The notes: a model not told the origin generated them from the sequence alone. Shown: positions 39,730 to 53,234, numbered from the stretch's first letter. The stretch: 64,000 bases of DNA from Octopus sinensis (GCF_006345805.1 NW_021836296.1:3985-67984); one strand, 5' to 3'. Numbers and translations are program-made.

Positions 39730-41075
39730 CACATACATACATACATACATACATACACACATAAATACATACATGCATACATACATACATACACACATAC
39801 ATACATACATACATACATACATACACATACATACATACATACATAAATACATACATACATACATACACATACATACATACATAAATACATACATACATAC
39901 ACACATACACATACATGCATACATACATACATATATACATACATACATACATACATACATACACATACATACACATACACATACATACATACATGCATAC
40001 ATACATACATGCATACATACATACATACATACATACATACATACATACATACACACATACATACATACATACATACATACACACATGCATGCATACATAC
40101 ATACATACATACATACATGCATACATATATACACACATACATGCATACATACATACATGCATACATATATACACACATACATGCATACATACATACATGC
40201 ATACATATATACATACATACATACATGCATACATATATACACACATACATACATACATACATACATGCATACATATATACACACATACATGCATACATAC
40301 ATACATACATACATACATACATACATGCATACATATATACATACATACAAACATGCATACATATATACATACATACATACATACATACATACATACATAC
40401 ATACACACACACATACATACATACATACATACACATACATACATACATACACACATACACACATACATGCATACATACATACATGCATACATACATACAT
40501 ACATACATACATACATACATACATACATACATACATGCATACATATATACACACATACATGCATACATACATACATACATACATACATACATACATGCAT
40601 ACATATATACATACATACAAACATGCATACATATATACATGCATATATACATACATACATGCATGCATACATGCATACTACATACATACATACATACATA
40701 CATACATACATACATACATACAAACATGCATACATACATACATACATACATACATACATACATACATACATACACACATGCATACATACATACATACATA
40801 CATACATGCATACATACATACATACATACATACATACATACATGCCTACATGCATACATACATACATACATACAACGGACATTGATACACATATGCATCC
40901 ATGCTTACATACATAAATACATACATACGTACATACGTACATACATACATACATTCAGAAATACAGGCATACATAGATACATATATACATGCATACAGAA
41001 ATACACACACACATATATATATATATACATACATACAGAAATACATACATGCACACATAATACATACATACACGC
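39730..41075. repeat. 1.3-kb (CATA)n array with interspersed variants; source of the 330-430 aa spurious ORFs
   Basis: Direct reading; no stop codons in several frames of the tetranucleotide repeat. Confidence 0.95.
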
Positions 41076-41469
41076 ATACACGCATAATGGAGTTCTAAAA
41101 TGTTGGCGTTGTTGTTGTTGTTGTTGTTGTTTTTGTTGTTGGTAGTGGTGGTAGTTGTTGATGCCGCTACCACAGCTGCTGTTGTTGCTGCTGCTGCTGC
41201 TGTTGTTGTTATTACAGTGCGAAAGGAGTCGTGTTAAGCAAAGGAATTGATGCCCCGAGGAACCATCGAACCAATTTCGTTATTCCTGTGTTCTCGACGA
41301 AAGGTGAATAACCTCCATTGGATTAATTCCACATACTGACTGCAGGCGCCAAAACGGCTAAAACCAACAACCACTACCAGAATACCTGCTCCATTTTGTT
41401 TTTCTTTTAACCTTTTACAAGCTCAGACACACAAAATGCGGCCATGTCATTATTCAGTTTTAGTTCAAA

Positions 41470-41832
41470 TGCGTAACTGGTACTTAATTTATCGACCCCG
41501 AAAGGATGAAAGGCAAAGTCGACCTCGGCGGAATTTGAACTCGGAACGTAATGACTGACGAAATACCGCTAAGCATTTCGCCCGGCGTTGTAACGATTCC
41601 GCCAGCACGCCGACTTGCCAGATCAACAACAACAACAGCAATATTGGTTTCAAATTTTGCCACAAGGGCAGCCATGTTAGGGGAGAGGATTAGCCGATTA
41701 GATCGACCCCAGTACGCAGCTGGTACTTAATTTATCGACCTCGCAATGATTAAAACGCAAAGTCGACCTCGATGGAATGTGAACTCAGAACTTCAGGACG
41801 GATGAAACGTAGCTAAAGCATTTAGCCGGATG
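41470..41832 (-). mobile_element. Two family B SINE fragments
   Basis: actggtacttaatttatcgaccccgaaaggatgaaaggcaaagtcgacc in both. Confidence 0.75.
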
Positions 41833-42059
41833 TGCTTGTAGTAGTAGGAGTAGTATTAGCAATTGCAAGAGTAGTGGTGGTAGTGGTGGTTTGGTAGTAG
41901 TAGTAGTAGTAATAGTTGCTGTTGTTGTAGTTTTGTTGCTGTAGCAGCCATTGTAGTCTGCTGGATGAGTTGTGTTAGTAGTGATGGTAATAGTATGAGA
42001 ATTGTATTTGTGGTATGTGTGGTAGTATATGTAGAGTAGTAGTTTCACCAGGGTGTGGT

Positions 42060-42151
42060 GCATTAGTAGTAGAGGCGGCAGCAGCGGCGGCAACAGCAGC
42101 TGCAACTGCAATATCAGCAGTGACTGTAACAGCTGAAACAGCAGCAGCTCC

Positions 42152-42188
<37 letters not shown>

Positions 42189-42207
42189 TAGTAGTAGTAG
42201 TAGTAGT

Positions 42208-42257
<50 letters not shown>

Positions 42258-42318
42258 ATATAGAAGCAGCAGCAGACATGGCAACAGCTGCAGCAGCAAC
42301 AGCAGCAGTAGTAGCAGC

Positions 42319-42376
<58 letters not shown>

Positions 42377-43041
42377 CAAGCAGTAGCAGTCATAGCAAGA
42401 GCAGCAGCAGCAGCAGTAGCAGCAAGAGCAGCAGCAGCAGTACCAGAGATACCAATAGTAGTAGTAGTAGTAGATGTAGAAGCAGCAGCAGTCATAGCAG
42501 CAGTAACAACAGCAGCAGCAGTAGCAATAGCAGTAGTCATAGCAGCAGAAATGGTAGTAGAAGTAGTAGTAGTAGAAGCAACAGCAGTCATATGTTGTAG
42601 TAGTAGTCGTAGTAGTAGTAACGGCAGCAGCAGCAGTAGCGGTAGTCAAGCAGGGGCGCAGTAGACAGAATGGCCGAAAACAGTAGCAATCTTAGCAGCT
42701 GCAACAGTAACGGTAGCAGCAGAAGTAATAGTACAAGTAGTAGTAGTAGTAGTAGTAATAGTATTAGTAGTGGCGGTAGCAGCAGACAGATGGCTAAAAA
42801 CAGTAGCAGTCGCAGAAACAACGGCAGAAGCAGTGGTAGCAGTACAGCTGCAGCAGCAACAGCAGCAACAGCAGCACCAGCTCTAGTGATAGTAGTAGTA
42901 GTAGTAATAGTAGTAGCAGCAGCAGTAGCCAAGCAGTGCAGCAGCCAGAATGACCAAAATCCGTAGCAGTTGCAGCAACAGCGGCAGAAGCAGCAGTAGC
43001 AGTAGTAGCAGTACAGCAGCAGCAGCAGCAGCAGTAGCAGC

Positions 43042-43072
<31 letters not shown>

Positions 43073-43194
43073 ATAGTAGTAGTAGTAGTAGCAGCAGTAC
43101 CAACAGCAGGGCCCGGGAGGCCCAAAAAAAAAAAAAAAGCCCAGCCAGAATGACCAAAATCCGTAGCAGTTGCAGCAACAGCGGCAGGGGCAGC

Positions 43195-43230
<36 letters not shown>

Positions 43231-43329
43231 TGTAGTAGTAGCAGCCGCAGCAGTAGACGAGCAGCAGTGCAGCAGCCAGAATAGCCAAAACAGCAGCAGT
43301 CGCTGGAACAGCGGCAGCAGAAGAAGTAA

Positions 43330-43377
<48 letters not shown>

Positions 43378-43420
43378 TAGTAGTAGATGCAGCAGCGGCG
43401 CACCACCATCAGCAGTTGTA
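42060..43420. repeat. (AGT)n/(AGC)n field with repeated cagccagaatgaccaaaatccgtagcag units
   Basis: Unit seen at ~42942 and ~43142, variants at ~42665, ~42785 and ~43272. Confidence 0.85.
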
Positions 43421-44197
43421 GTAGATGTAACAGCCAAGCTGCAGTCTCGACGGATCGGCAAAAATGGCCGACAATAACTGTCTCAGCAGGGAAGGAGTAT
43501 TTGCTGTCATTATTGTTGTTGATGTTATAGCTGTTGTCATTTTTTAATGTTTATTGTAGCGTCTTACTTAAGAGATGAAACCTGTTATCAAACAGAACTG
43601 CGATCAAGAGTGTTCCAGCCAGGACTATCCCGTCGTAATTACTTTGCATATAAATAAACATGGCTGTGTGGTTAACAGGCTTGTGTTGCGATCACGTGGT
43701 GTCTTCGTTCAGTCTCGCTGGGACAGAATATTTCTGTGAGAGGTCATGGAGGGAAAGTCACAGACGCAACCGACAGGGAGGAAGCACAAGATGGCATGCC
43801 ATCTGTGAAGATCACAACGTGTGTGTGGGTGTGTGTATATGTAAGTATGTATGTATGTATGCATGCATGTATGTATGTAGGTATGAATGTATGGATGTAT
43901 GTATGAATGTATGTATGTATATATATATGTATATATGTATATGTATGTATGTACGAACATATGTATGTATGTACAGAAAGAGAAAATCCCTCATTGGCAA
44001 AAGCATGACTGAGTAGTAAGCAGTTAGCATCTGAGCTACACTGTTTCGGAATCATTCTCAGTGTTGCATCTTGGGCAAGTCTCTTCTACTCTTTTACCCT
44101 TGTCCGACCAAGTTTTTTGGGAAATTTCGTAGAAGGAAACTGAAGAAGCCAATTATATTAATATAATAATATATTATATATAATATATATATATATA

Positions 44198-44424
44198 CTT
44201 TATTTTAAGCAGCAGAAAATTCAACAAAATCTGTTACTCTGAGGTTGTCGTTGCCGTTCATCAGACAGTTTGTGCTAGCAAAAACTGTCTGATGAACGGC
44301 AACGAGAAACTCAGAGTAACAGATTTTGTTGAATTTTCTGCTGCTTAAAATAAAGCATATTACTCTACCATTGGTATTTGAGTACTCTTTTTTCCACCTT
44401 GTTTCACATTTATGTGTTTACTCC

Positions 44425-44426
<2 letters not shown>
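44198..44426 (+). mobile_element. Penelope-like element remnant: 158-bp palindrome plus unique tail, between TA-rich tracts
   Basis: Arms 44198-44276 and 44277-44355 are reverse complements with 3 mismatches, centre GCTAGC; right arm carries a hammerhead core. Confidence 0.65.
44281..44328 (+). ncRNA. Minimal type I hammerhead ribozyme motif
   Basis: aaaactgt-CTGATGA-a cg GCAA cg a-GAAA-ctc a gag-TA-acagattt; stem I ctgt/acag, GNRA-capped stem II, stem III ACTC/GAGT, GUA triplet 44316-44318. Confidence 0.65.
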
Positions 44427-44484
<58 letters not shown>

Positions 44485-45074
44485 TGTATGTATGTATGTA
44501 TGCGTGTATGTATGTATGTATGTATGTGTGTGTGTGTGTATGTGTGTTTGCGTGTGTCTTTGTTGTTGTGCCTCTCTCCGCCGTTTGACAACCGTTGTTG
44601 GTTTGTTTGCATCCATCCATCTAACCTAGCGATTGGATTCAAAAGGCCGATGGAACCAGTGCAGCAGATTTGAAAAGAAAACAAAAACCAAAAACAAAAA
44701 TAAAATAAACAGAAAAGAAACGCTGAGGTCATTACGCTGTGAGTTTTTAAATTCTGCAGAGGTCGACTTTGCCTTTTATCCCAGTTCGATGTAATCGACT
44801 AGCACGAATTCAGGCCATGTGCTTATAATAGAAAGCCTTGTTACAATTGATTATTCCTGGAACAACAATTACCACCACCACCACCACCACCACCATCCTC
44901 ACTACTACCACTCCTGCTTCTCTTACTACTACTCCAGCGATCGCTGTCATCAGGATGTTTATACAACAGCTACTATTACAGCTTCCACTGACAGCCATAA
45001 CATGGCGGCTTCTACTGCTGCCGATGTCCCAAATAACACTGCTGCCACAGTTGTTACCGCAGCGGTTTTGATGC

Positions 45075-45075
45075 A

Positions 45076-45141
<66 letters not shown>

Positions 45142-45516
45142 TCTGCTAATACGACTACTACTCTACTACTATTGCTGCTGCTGCTGTTGCTGCTGTTGTG
45201 GTTGATGCTGATGCTACTACTACGACTACTGCTGCGGTTTTGATGCAACTACTACTACTACTACTACTACTCTACTACTACTACTACTACTAGTAGTAGT
45301 TGTAGTAGTAGTAGTAGCGGAGGTTGTGGTGGTAGTAGTGTCGCTGCTGTAGTATCGATTTTTTCGTACACTAATTCTGCTGTTTTGTTGCGTTTCCTGC
45401 TGCACCTCCTGAACAAGGCCAATAACGCTGCTGCAGTGAATCCTACTACTGGCTGCTGCTCTGCTACTACTACTACACTACTACTACTACTACTACTGCT
45501 GCTGCTACTACTACTA

Positions 45517-45549
<33 letters not shown>

Positions 45550-45987
45550 GAAGTATCAGGTGCTCTTTCCCCAAAAGAGCACAGACATTGCCACAGAATT
45601 TGCTGCTGATATTGCAACTAATTGTGCTACTACAAAAAACAACAACTACTACTGCTACTACTACTACTACTGCTGCTGTTGCTGCATTTCCTGCTGCTGC
45701 TGCTGCTGCTGCTCTGCTGCCGCAGGAAATATTAGGTACACTCCCCAAAAAGAGCACAGACTGCTACAGAATTTGCTGCTGTCTGTACTGCAGCGAATGC
45801 TGCTGATGTTGCAAGTATTTCTGCTACTACAAGAAAAATAACTACTACTACTACTACCACAGCTGGCTGAGTTACCCTACCCCACAAACAACATTTATTC
45901 TGCTGATGCAGTTGCTGTTGCTATTTCTACTGCACCTAGCTCTGCAGACGTTGCTAGTTTTATTACCATTATTATTACAGTTAGTAA

Positions 45988-46065
<78 letters not shown>

Positions 46066-46163
46066 GTGAAACCGCGTGGCTTAATGGTTAGAGTATTCGG
46101 CTCACGATGGAGAGGTTGTAAGCTACTGGGAATAATGGCGCATATTCCAACAGCAGCAGCAGC

Positions 46164-46199
<36 letters not shown>

Positions 46200-46245
46200 T
46201 AGTAGTAGTAGGTAGTAGTAGTAGTAGTAGTAGTAGTAGTTATAG
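45075..46245. repeat. (CTA)n/(CTG)n/(AAT)n/(AGT)n microsatellite field
   Basis: Direct reading. Confidence 0.85.
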
Positions 46246-46650
46246 TTGTAGTTAACTTTCTTCTTGCTCTTGTTTCTGTTGTCGTCTTCGTTTATCCTCA
46301 GCTCAGCTCTCATCGAAGTCTAGACCAATGGTCAATGTTATTTTGACTTTTTGTACGATGTCATTCCTTCCATTTTATGATGACAGGGTTGTAACTAAAT
46401 GGAGATTTGGTTGTTATTTCCAATAGCTTCTCTTAACTAGAGAAAGGTTCTCCCATTGGAACTGCCTTTCTTGGATTTTACCCGCAGCGACGAAACAGCG
46501 CAGCATTCTTTGGTCTCCCTCTAGCAAACCTGCGAGCATTCACATCTATTTTTCATTCTCTAAATCCGGAGATTCCTCTCTTCGTAAATACAACATATAT
46601 CATTTAAAAGTGTAAGACAGAGAGACAGGCAGAGACACAGACAGACAGAC

Positions 46651-46707
<57 letters not shown>

Positions 46708-46728
46708 GAGAGAGAGAAAGAGAGAGAG

Positions 46729-46785
<57 letters not shown>

Positions 46786-46941
46786 TACACACATACATAT
46801 GGCTGTATATTTATTTGCCTTAGACTTTATATCTTAAACTTTAAAATATGTCTCAGAGGATATAATCACACACACACACGCACCCACGCACCCACACGCG
46901 CACACACGCATGCACGCATGCCACTTATATATATGTGTGTA

Positions 46942-46985
<44 letters not shown>

Positions 46986-46992
46986 CCATATA

Positions 46993-47044
<52 letters not shown>

Positions 47045-47122
47045 ATATATATATAATATATATATGTATGTATGTATATATATAAATTAAATTAGAGATA
47101 AAACCACTATTAGGCAACTCAA

Positions 47123-47162
<40 letters not shown>

Positions 47163-47211
47163 TTTAAATTTTATATCTTACACAAACTTTAGAATATATA
47201 TATACTTTGAA

Positions 47212-47388
47212 GGCGCAGGAGTGGCTGTGTGGTAAGTAGCTTGCTTTCTAACCACATAGCTCTGGGTTCAGTCCCATTGCGTGGCACCTTGGGCAAGTGT
47301 TCTCTACTATATCCTCGAGCCGACCAAAACCTTGTGAGTGGATATGGTAGACGGAAACTGAAAGAAGCCCGTTGTATGTATATATATA
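47212..47388 (+). mobile_element. SINE family A 5' half (a 3' half lies at ~48345-48525)
   Basis: aggcgcaggagtggctgtgtggtaag...gaaagaagcccg then (TA)n interrupted by a mariner. Confidence 0.8.
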
Positions 47389-48002
47389 TTGGGTTGGCAA
47401 CTAAGTTCCCAACTAATTAAACAATAATGTATTCACCTTTTTTGTTTACAACGTCTTCCCAACGTTCAACAAGATTTTCAATACCTAATTAGTAGAAATC
47501 ACCCGATTTCGATTCGAAATTTGATCCAACCAAGCTCTCAGTTCTACATCAGTATTGATGGAAACTCCGCACATAGCATTTCAAATAGATCGAAAGAGGT
47601 GGAAATCCGTTGGTGACAAATCAGGAGAGTGCAGCGGGTGTGGCAGCACTTCCCAGACATGCGTCTTTGAGGTAAAAATTTCCATTTTTGAACTTGGCAT
47701 ACCAATCACGAGCGGTTCTTTCAGCTATGGCACAGCAGAAAAGTTGCGATCAGCTTTTGCGGCCTTAGAATCTTGATTAAAAGCAAAAAACCGTGTCGAA
47801 AATGCTCGTTTTTCTTAACTTGACATTCCATTTTAATGATCTGAAAATAAACAAAAATTAACTAAAATTAACTAGAAAAATTCAAAATAGATTCCAAAAT
47901 GATTCAAAAAGAACATTCTCGAAAAAAATAGATTCCAAAATTTAAAAAGCGCAATAAATTCCAAAATTAAAAAAAAACGACGGGATCTTAGTTGCCAACC
48001 TA
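47389..48002 (-). mobile_element. Internally deleted mariner element with both TIRs
   Basis: TIRs ttgggttggcaactaagttccc / gggatcttagttgccaaccta; minus-strand MECQVKKNEHFRH start and WEVLPHPLHSPDLSPTDFHLFRSI (mariner YSPDLAP motif). Confidence 0.9.
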
Positions 48003-48111
48003 CTCTGTCTTCCCTTCTCTGGATCTTCCCTTCTTTCCTGAGCGTCCAATAATACTATATTTGTTCCATGTCCTCGCGTTGTTGTGTTTTTTTCTGCTTT
48101 CATGTTTGAAT

Positions 48112-48146
<35 letters not shown>

Positions 48147-48342
48147 GAAATATCATTATTTCTAATCTCTCGAAAGGAGACTACGGCAGCAGTACTGGAT
48201 ATCAATATTTATTCTGGCAGCCCAGAAAATTAGGACGAATGGTGCCGTTGATTAACTCCAAGATGCCATCGCCTCTTGTAATGGACACGGGTTTGTGTGT
48301 CACATATCTAACTAGAGGCGATGTCATATTGGAGCTAAACAA

Positions 48343-48374
<32 letters not shown>

Positions 48375-48634
48375 TAGTGTGTATGTGTGTTTGTGTTTCT
48401 CTGTTTATCCCATACAGTCGCTTGACAACGATGTTGGTGTGTTTACGACCCCGTTAGCAAGTGGTTCGGCATAAGAGACCGGTAGAATAAGTACTGGGCC
48501 TACAAAGAGTAAGTCCTGGTGTTGATTTTACCCGATTTTCTTCACCCTGTCGTCTCCTCACCTCAGTCTATGACTGGTACTTCATATTTTCGAACGCCTG
48601 CAAAGGTTTCAAAGATAAAGAAAATTTAGGGGCA

Positions 48635-49065
48635 AGAGGTGGTGGAGATAGTGTTAGTGGTGTTGGTGGTGATGGTGGTGGTGGTGGTTGTGGTGGTGGT
48701 ACAGTCGATTTGTGGTAGCGGTTGTTGTTGTTGTTGTTGTTGTAGTGGTGGTGGTGGTGGTGGTGATGGGTTGCTTTAGAGTTGATAGGTGGAACGGGGG
48801 GGAGGTAGAGTTGATAGTTGGTAGCTGTTATTGTTGTTGTTGTTGTAGTCGTGATGGTGTTGGTGTTGGTGGTGGTGTTGTTGTTAGTGGTGGTCGTGGA
48901 TGGTGGCTTTAGAGATGATAGGTGGAATCGGGGTGGTGATGGTGGTGGTGGTGGTGGTGGTGGTTGGCGGAAAAGTTGAAAGCTGGTAGCTGTTATTGTT
49001 TTTGTTATTGTTGTTGTTGTTTTTGTTGTTGATGGTGGTGGTGGTGGTGTTGATGGCGGCGGCGG
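48635..49065 (+). repeat. (GGT)n/(GTT)n microsatellite
   Basis: Direct reading. Confidence 0.9.
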
Positions 49066-49939
49066 TCTGTGTTTCGCCGTAGTAATTTCTTACGAATCTC
49101 CAACTGTCATGGAAAAAACAAGTCTGTGAAACATCGCGGCAGCTTTTAAACAGACAGCCGAGATCATTCGATAGCACAACATAACAAGCCTGACATCATT
49201 TCACATGACAAAAAAATGACAATTGTGTACTAATTGTCGACAGAGGAATACCAAATTACTATAATTTTGTGCAGAGCTGAGCTGAAAAACGAAGGAATTT
49301 TACCGACCTAACTGCTGAATTAAAAAACCATTATGACAGTTAAGGAATGTGCCTATTATTCCATTTGTAAAACGATACAATTTGAATGATATTAAAAGAC
49401 ATCAGCCATTATTTGAACGCTGGTTACACCGAAGCAACTGAGCTGTGAGGAGTCTCGCATCTATTGGGGCGGTTGGTCCGTAATCCCTTAACTGCTTGTA
49501 ATTCATGATTGGTGCCTTCAACACTTATATCTCCCCCTTGGGATCCCTATTGTTCATCTATTCATCTATGACGATGCATCGAAGAAATCAAAGGGCGTAA
49601 AGCGAAAGAAAAAAAGAGAAAAAACGCACTCAGCACCAAAGCAGAAGTTACCTTCGAAAGTGGTGGGGGCCACCACCTCGATAACGGTAGAGGCTAGGGG
49701 CCGAAATCGGGTGTGGTTCCTCCTGATGATGTCCTTAGACACTGGATCCTATAAAGGAGCTGTTGAGGTAACAAGCCGCGAAACGTGGTAAGAATTCCTT
49801 CCCCCAGAGACACCTGCTATTCGTCCTTTAACTTCTCCGAAATAGCTGAGCAATAAAGGGCCCCAAATTTACTGATCACTGACCCCTTAACTGTCTATAA
49901 ACCACGGCTGTTGCCTTCATCAACCATTTATCTCCTAGG

Positions 49940-50010
49940 GCAGTGTTTCTCGACCATTTTTTACCCATGGACCTCTCTGACTGCTATTTTACTCAGATGG
50001 ACCCTCATAG
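49940..50010 (+). mobile_element. Possible hAT/Charlie-type MITE end fragment
   Basis: cagtgtttctcgaccatttttt...atggacc resembles Charlie/MER5-type TIR starts; partner end not found. Confidence 0.35.
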
Positions 50011-50192
50011 CCTTTTCTTCGTGCCTTACCTCATTTGATGAGAATGACATCTTAGATGAGGTTATGTCGGCAGTGGATAAAAGCCTTCCCATCACAGACT
50101 ACCAAAGTATGTGAAGAAGCAGTAACTGACAAATATGTGACGTTAAAAAGAAAACATCCTTTCTTACTCTGCTTCAGTTCTTAGTCAATGAA

Positions 50193-50989
50193 AGGCGGCG
50201 AGCTGGCAGAAACGTTAGCACGCCGGGCGAAATGCATAGTGGTATTTCGGCTGCCGTTACGATGTGAGTTCAAATTCCGCCGAGGTCGACTTTGCCTTTC
50301 ATCCTTTCGGGGTCGATAAATTAAGCACCAGTTACGCACTGGGGTCGATGTAATCGACTTAATACCTATGTCTGTCCTTGTTTGTCCCCTCTGTGTTTAG
50401 CCCCTTGTGGGTAATAAAGAAATAGGTATTTCGGCTGCCGCTACTTTGTGAGTTCAAATTCCGCCGAGGTCGACTTTGCCTTTCATCCTTTCGGGGTCGA
50501 TAAATTAAGCACCAGTTACGCACTGGGGTCGATGTAATCGACTTAATACCTATGTCTGTCCTTGTTTGTCCCCTCTGTGTTTAGCCCCTTGTGGGTAATA
50601 AAGAAATAGGTATTTCGGCTGCCGCTACTTTGTGAGTTCAAATTCTGTCGAGGTCGACTTTACCTTTCATCCTTTCGGGGTCGATAAATTAAGTACCAGT
50701 TACGCACTGGGGTAGATGTAAACGACTTAATCCCTTTGTCTCTTCTTGTTTGACCCCTCTATGTTTAGCCCCTTGTGGGCAATAAAGAAATAAGAAACGT
50801 TAGCACGCCTGGCGAAATGCATAGCGGTATTTCGTCTGTCTTTACGTTCTGAGTTCAAATTCCGCCGAGGCCGACTTTGCGCTTCATCCTTTCGGGGTCG
50901 ATAAATTAAGTGCCAGTTGCGTACTAGGGTCGATCCAATCGACTGGCCCCTTTCAAAAAATGTCGGGCCTTGTGCCTAGAGTAGAAAAA
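50193..50989 (+). mobile_element. SINE family B tetramer with 17-bp TSD
   Basis: Bodies start at 50241, 50425, 50609 (period 184) and ~50826; TSD agttcttagtcaatgaa at 50176-50192 and 50990-51006. Confidence 0.9.
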
Positions 50990-51102
50990 AGTTCTTAGTC
51001 AATGAAGATTGCTTCTCCAGTCATGAAAGAGTTAAACCTTTTAGAATCCGTGCGTTACATCAGTATTGTGAAAAACCATCAGAAAAGAGGAGCAGGAATA
51101 TA

Positions 51103-51769
51103 TAGTAATTCCTCACCATACAGCGGTTCACCTATCGCGGTTCACTTATCGCGGTTTATTATTTAAACTTACGTTGATTCCTGTGTTGTTGTTTTGCATT
51201 TATAATAAAATAAATATATACAAATATATATGTAAGCATAGGAGTGGCTGTGTGGTAACTAGCTTGCTTAGGAACCACATGGTTCCGGGTTCAGTCTCAC
51301 TGTGTGGCACCATGGGCAAGTGTCTTCTACTATAGCCTCGGGTCGACCAAAGCCTTGTGAGTGGATTTGGTAGACAGAAACTGAAAGAAGCCCGTCGTAT
51401 ATATGTATATATATATATGTATGTATATGTTTGTTTGTCTGTGTTTGTCCCCCCAACATCGCTTGACAACCGATGCTGGTGTGTTTACGTCCTCGTCACC
51501 AAGCGGTTCGGCAAAAGAGACCGATAGGATAAGTACTGGGCTTACAAAGAATAAGCCCTGGGGTCGATTTGCTCGACTAAAGGCGGTGCTCCAGCATGGC
51601 CAGTCAAATGACTGAAACAAATAAAAGAGTAAAAGAGTAAATTATAAAATTTTTTTTTAAACTACCGTATAGTATTGTTTCTACTTAGTGGATTTTCACC
51701 TATGGTGGTGGTTCGGTGGTGGTGGTGGTGGGGTGGAACGTAACACCCGCGATAGTCGAGAGATTACTG
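51103..51769. mobile_element. Tigger/pogo-like MITE carrying a nested family A SINE
   Basis: Imperfect TIRs ta|tagtaattcctc...tatcgcgg and ccgcgatagtcgagagattactg|ta. Confidence 0.6.
51239..51640 (+). mobile_element. SINE family A, full length
   Basis: Homologous to 2094-2500. Confidence 0.85.
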
Positions 51770-52233
51770 TATAGCAGAAAAGGGCGCTAGAGAATGGTAA
51801 AGTGGTCATACTCTGTTGATATGTCAATACACACAGACAGACAGATCAGGTTTGGTGAACCAAATATTAGCCACGAAGACCACCAAGAAAGAAGATACAT
51901 TTTAATCGAAGAATCAGTGCCAACCAAACGAGAACGTATCTCTTAAAGAAATGGGGAAGTAATCTAAAAATAAACATCTGGAAATAGAGATAAGCCACGT
52001 GTGGTGCCTGAAAACTGAAACAATCTCTATAATAAAGATAATAATGGGGCCCCAGGGACTGATTACGAAAACATGCAGAAAAAAATGCACGACCCAAAGT
52101 CCCACGATTTAACAAATATGCATGACATAGAGGGGAAAATGTTACAGCGAGGCAAACGGGAGAAAATATTACAGGGGAGGAGTGTCAGTAAATGTACAGC
52201 ATAATAATGATGATGATAATAATAATGATGATG

Positions 52234-52298
<65 letters not shown>

Positions 52299-52450
52299 AA
52301 GACGACGACGAAGAAGAAGAAGAAGAAGAAGAGAAGACGAAAGAAGAAGCAGAAGACAGACGAAAGAAGAAGAAGAAGAAGAAAGAAGAAGAAGACGACG
52401 ACGAAGAAGAAGAAGAAGAAGAAGAGAAGAAGAAGAAGAAGAAAAAGAAT

Positions 52451-52576
52451 AGGAGTGGCTGTGTGGTAAGTAGCTTGCTTACCAACCACATGGTTACGGG
52501 TTCTTCTACTAATAGCTTCGGGCCGACCAAAGCCTTGTGAGAGGGTTTGGTAGACGGAAACTGAAAGAAGCCCGTC

Positions 52577-52624
<48 letters not shown>

Positions 52625-52822
52625 TTGTGTGTGTGTTCTGTGTCTGTGTTTATTCCCCCAACATCGCATGACAACCGATGCTGGTGTGTTTACGTCTCCG
52701 TCACTTAGCGGTTCGGCAAAAGACACCGATAGAATATGTGCCAGGTTTACAAAGAATAAGTTCTGGGGGTCGAGTTCATCGACTAAAGGCGCAGTCACAT
52801 GACTAAGACAAGTAAAAGAGAA
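52451..52822 (+). mobile_element. SINE family A with internal deletions
   Basis: Homologous to 2094-2500. Confidence 0.8.
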
Positions 52823-52830
52823 AAGGATAA

Positions 52831-52867
<37 letters not shown>

Positions 52868-52869
<2 letters not shown>

Positions 52870-53088
52870 CCTTTCTACTATAGGCACAAGAGGCCTGAAA
52901 TTTTGAGGTGACAAGATAAGTCGATTATATCGGTCCCCAGTTTTTCAATGGTACTTAATTTATCGACCCGCGAAAGGATCAAAGACAAAGTCGACCGCGG
53001 CGGCAATTGAACCCAGAACGTAGCCGCAGACGATATACCGCCAAGCATTTCGCCCGGCGTGCTAACGATTCCGCCAGCTCGCCGCCTT
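52868..53088 (-). mobile_element. SINE family B monomer (tail 2)
   Basis: Ends ccgccagctcgccgcctt; flanked by (AAT)n/(ATT)n. Confidence 0.8.
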
Positions 53089-53170
53089 ATCATCATTATC
53101 ATTATTACTATTATCATTATTTATTATTATTATTACTATTATCATTATTTGTTATTATCATTATTTATTA

Positions 53171-53233
<63 letters not shown>

Positions 53234-53234
<1 letters not shown>

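Noticed and set aside
39634-41145. Long ORFs of 330-430 aa on both strands
   Set aside because: Translations of (CATA)n/(TATG)n that lack stop codons; not protein-like
41218-41303. Possible small exon (ag|...AKGVVLSKGIDAPRNHRTNFVIPVFSTK|gtgaat)
   Set aside because: Weak polypyrimidine tract and no recognisable homology; cannot be supported without RNA data
49715-49796. CTGATGA...GCGAAACGTGGTA hammerhead-like motif
   Set aside because: Core words are present but stem I does not pair convincingly and stem III is only 2 bp; at best a decayed relic
50241-50990. Regular repeat array resembling CRISPR
   Set aside because: 184-bp tandem SINE bodies without unique spacers; eukaryotic context and no cas genes
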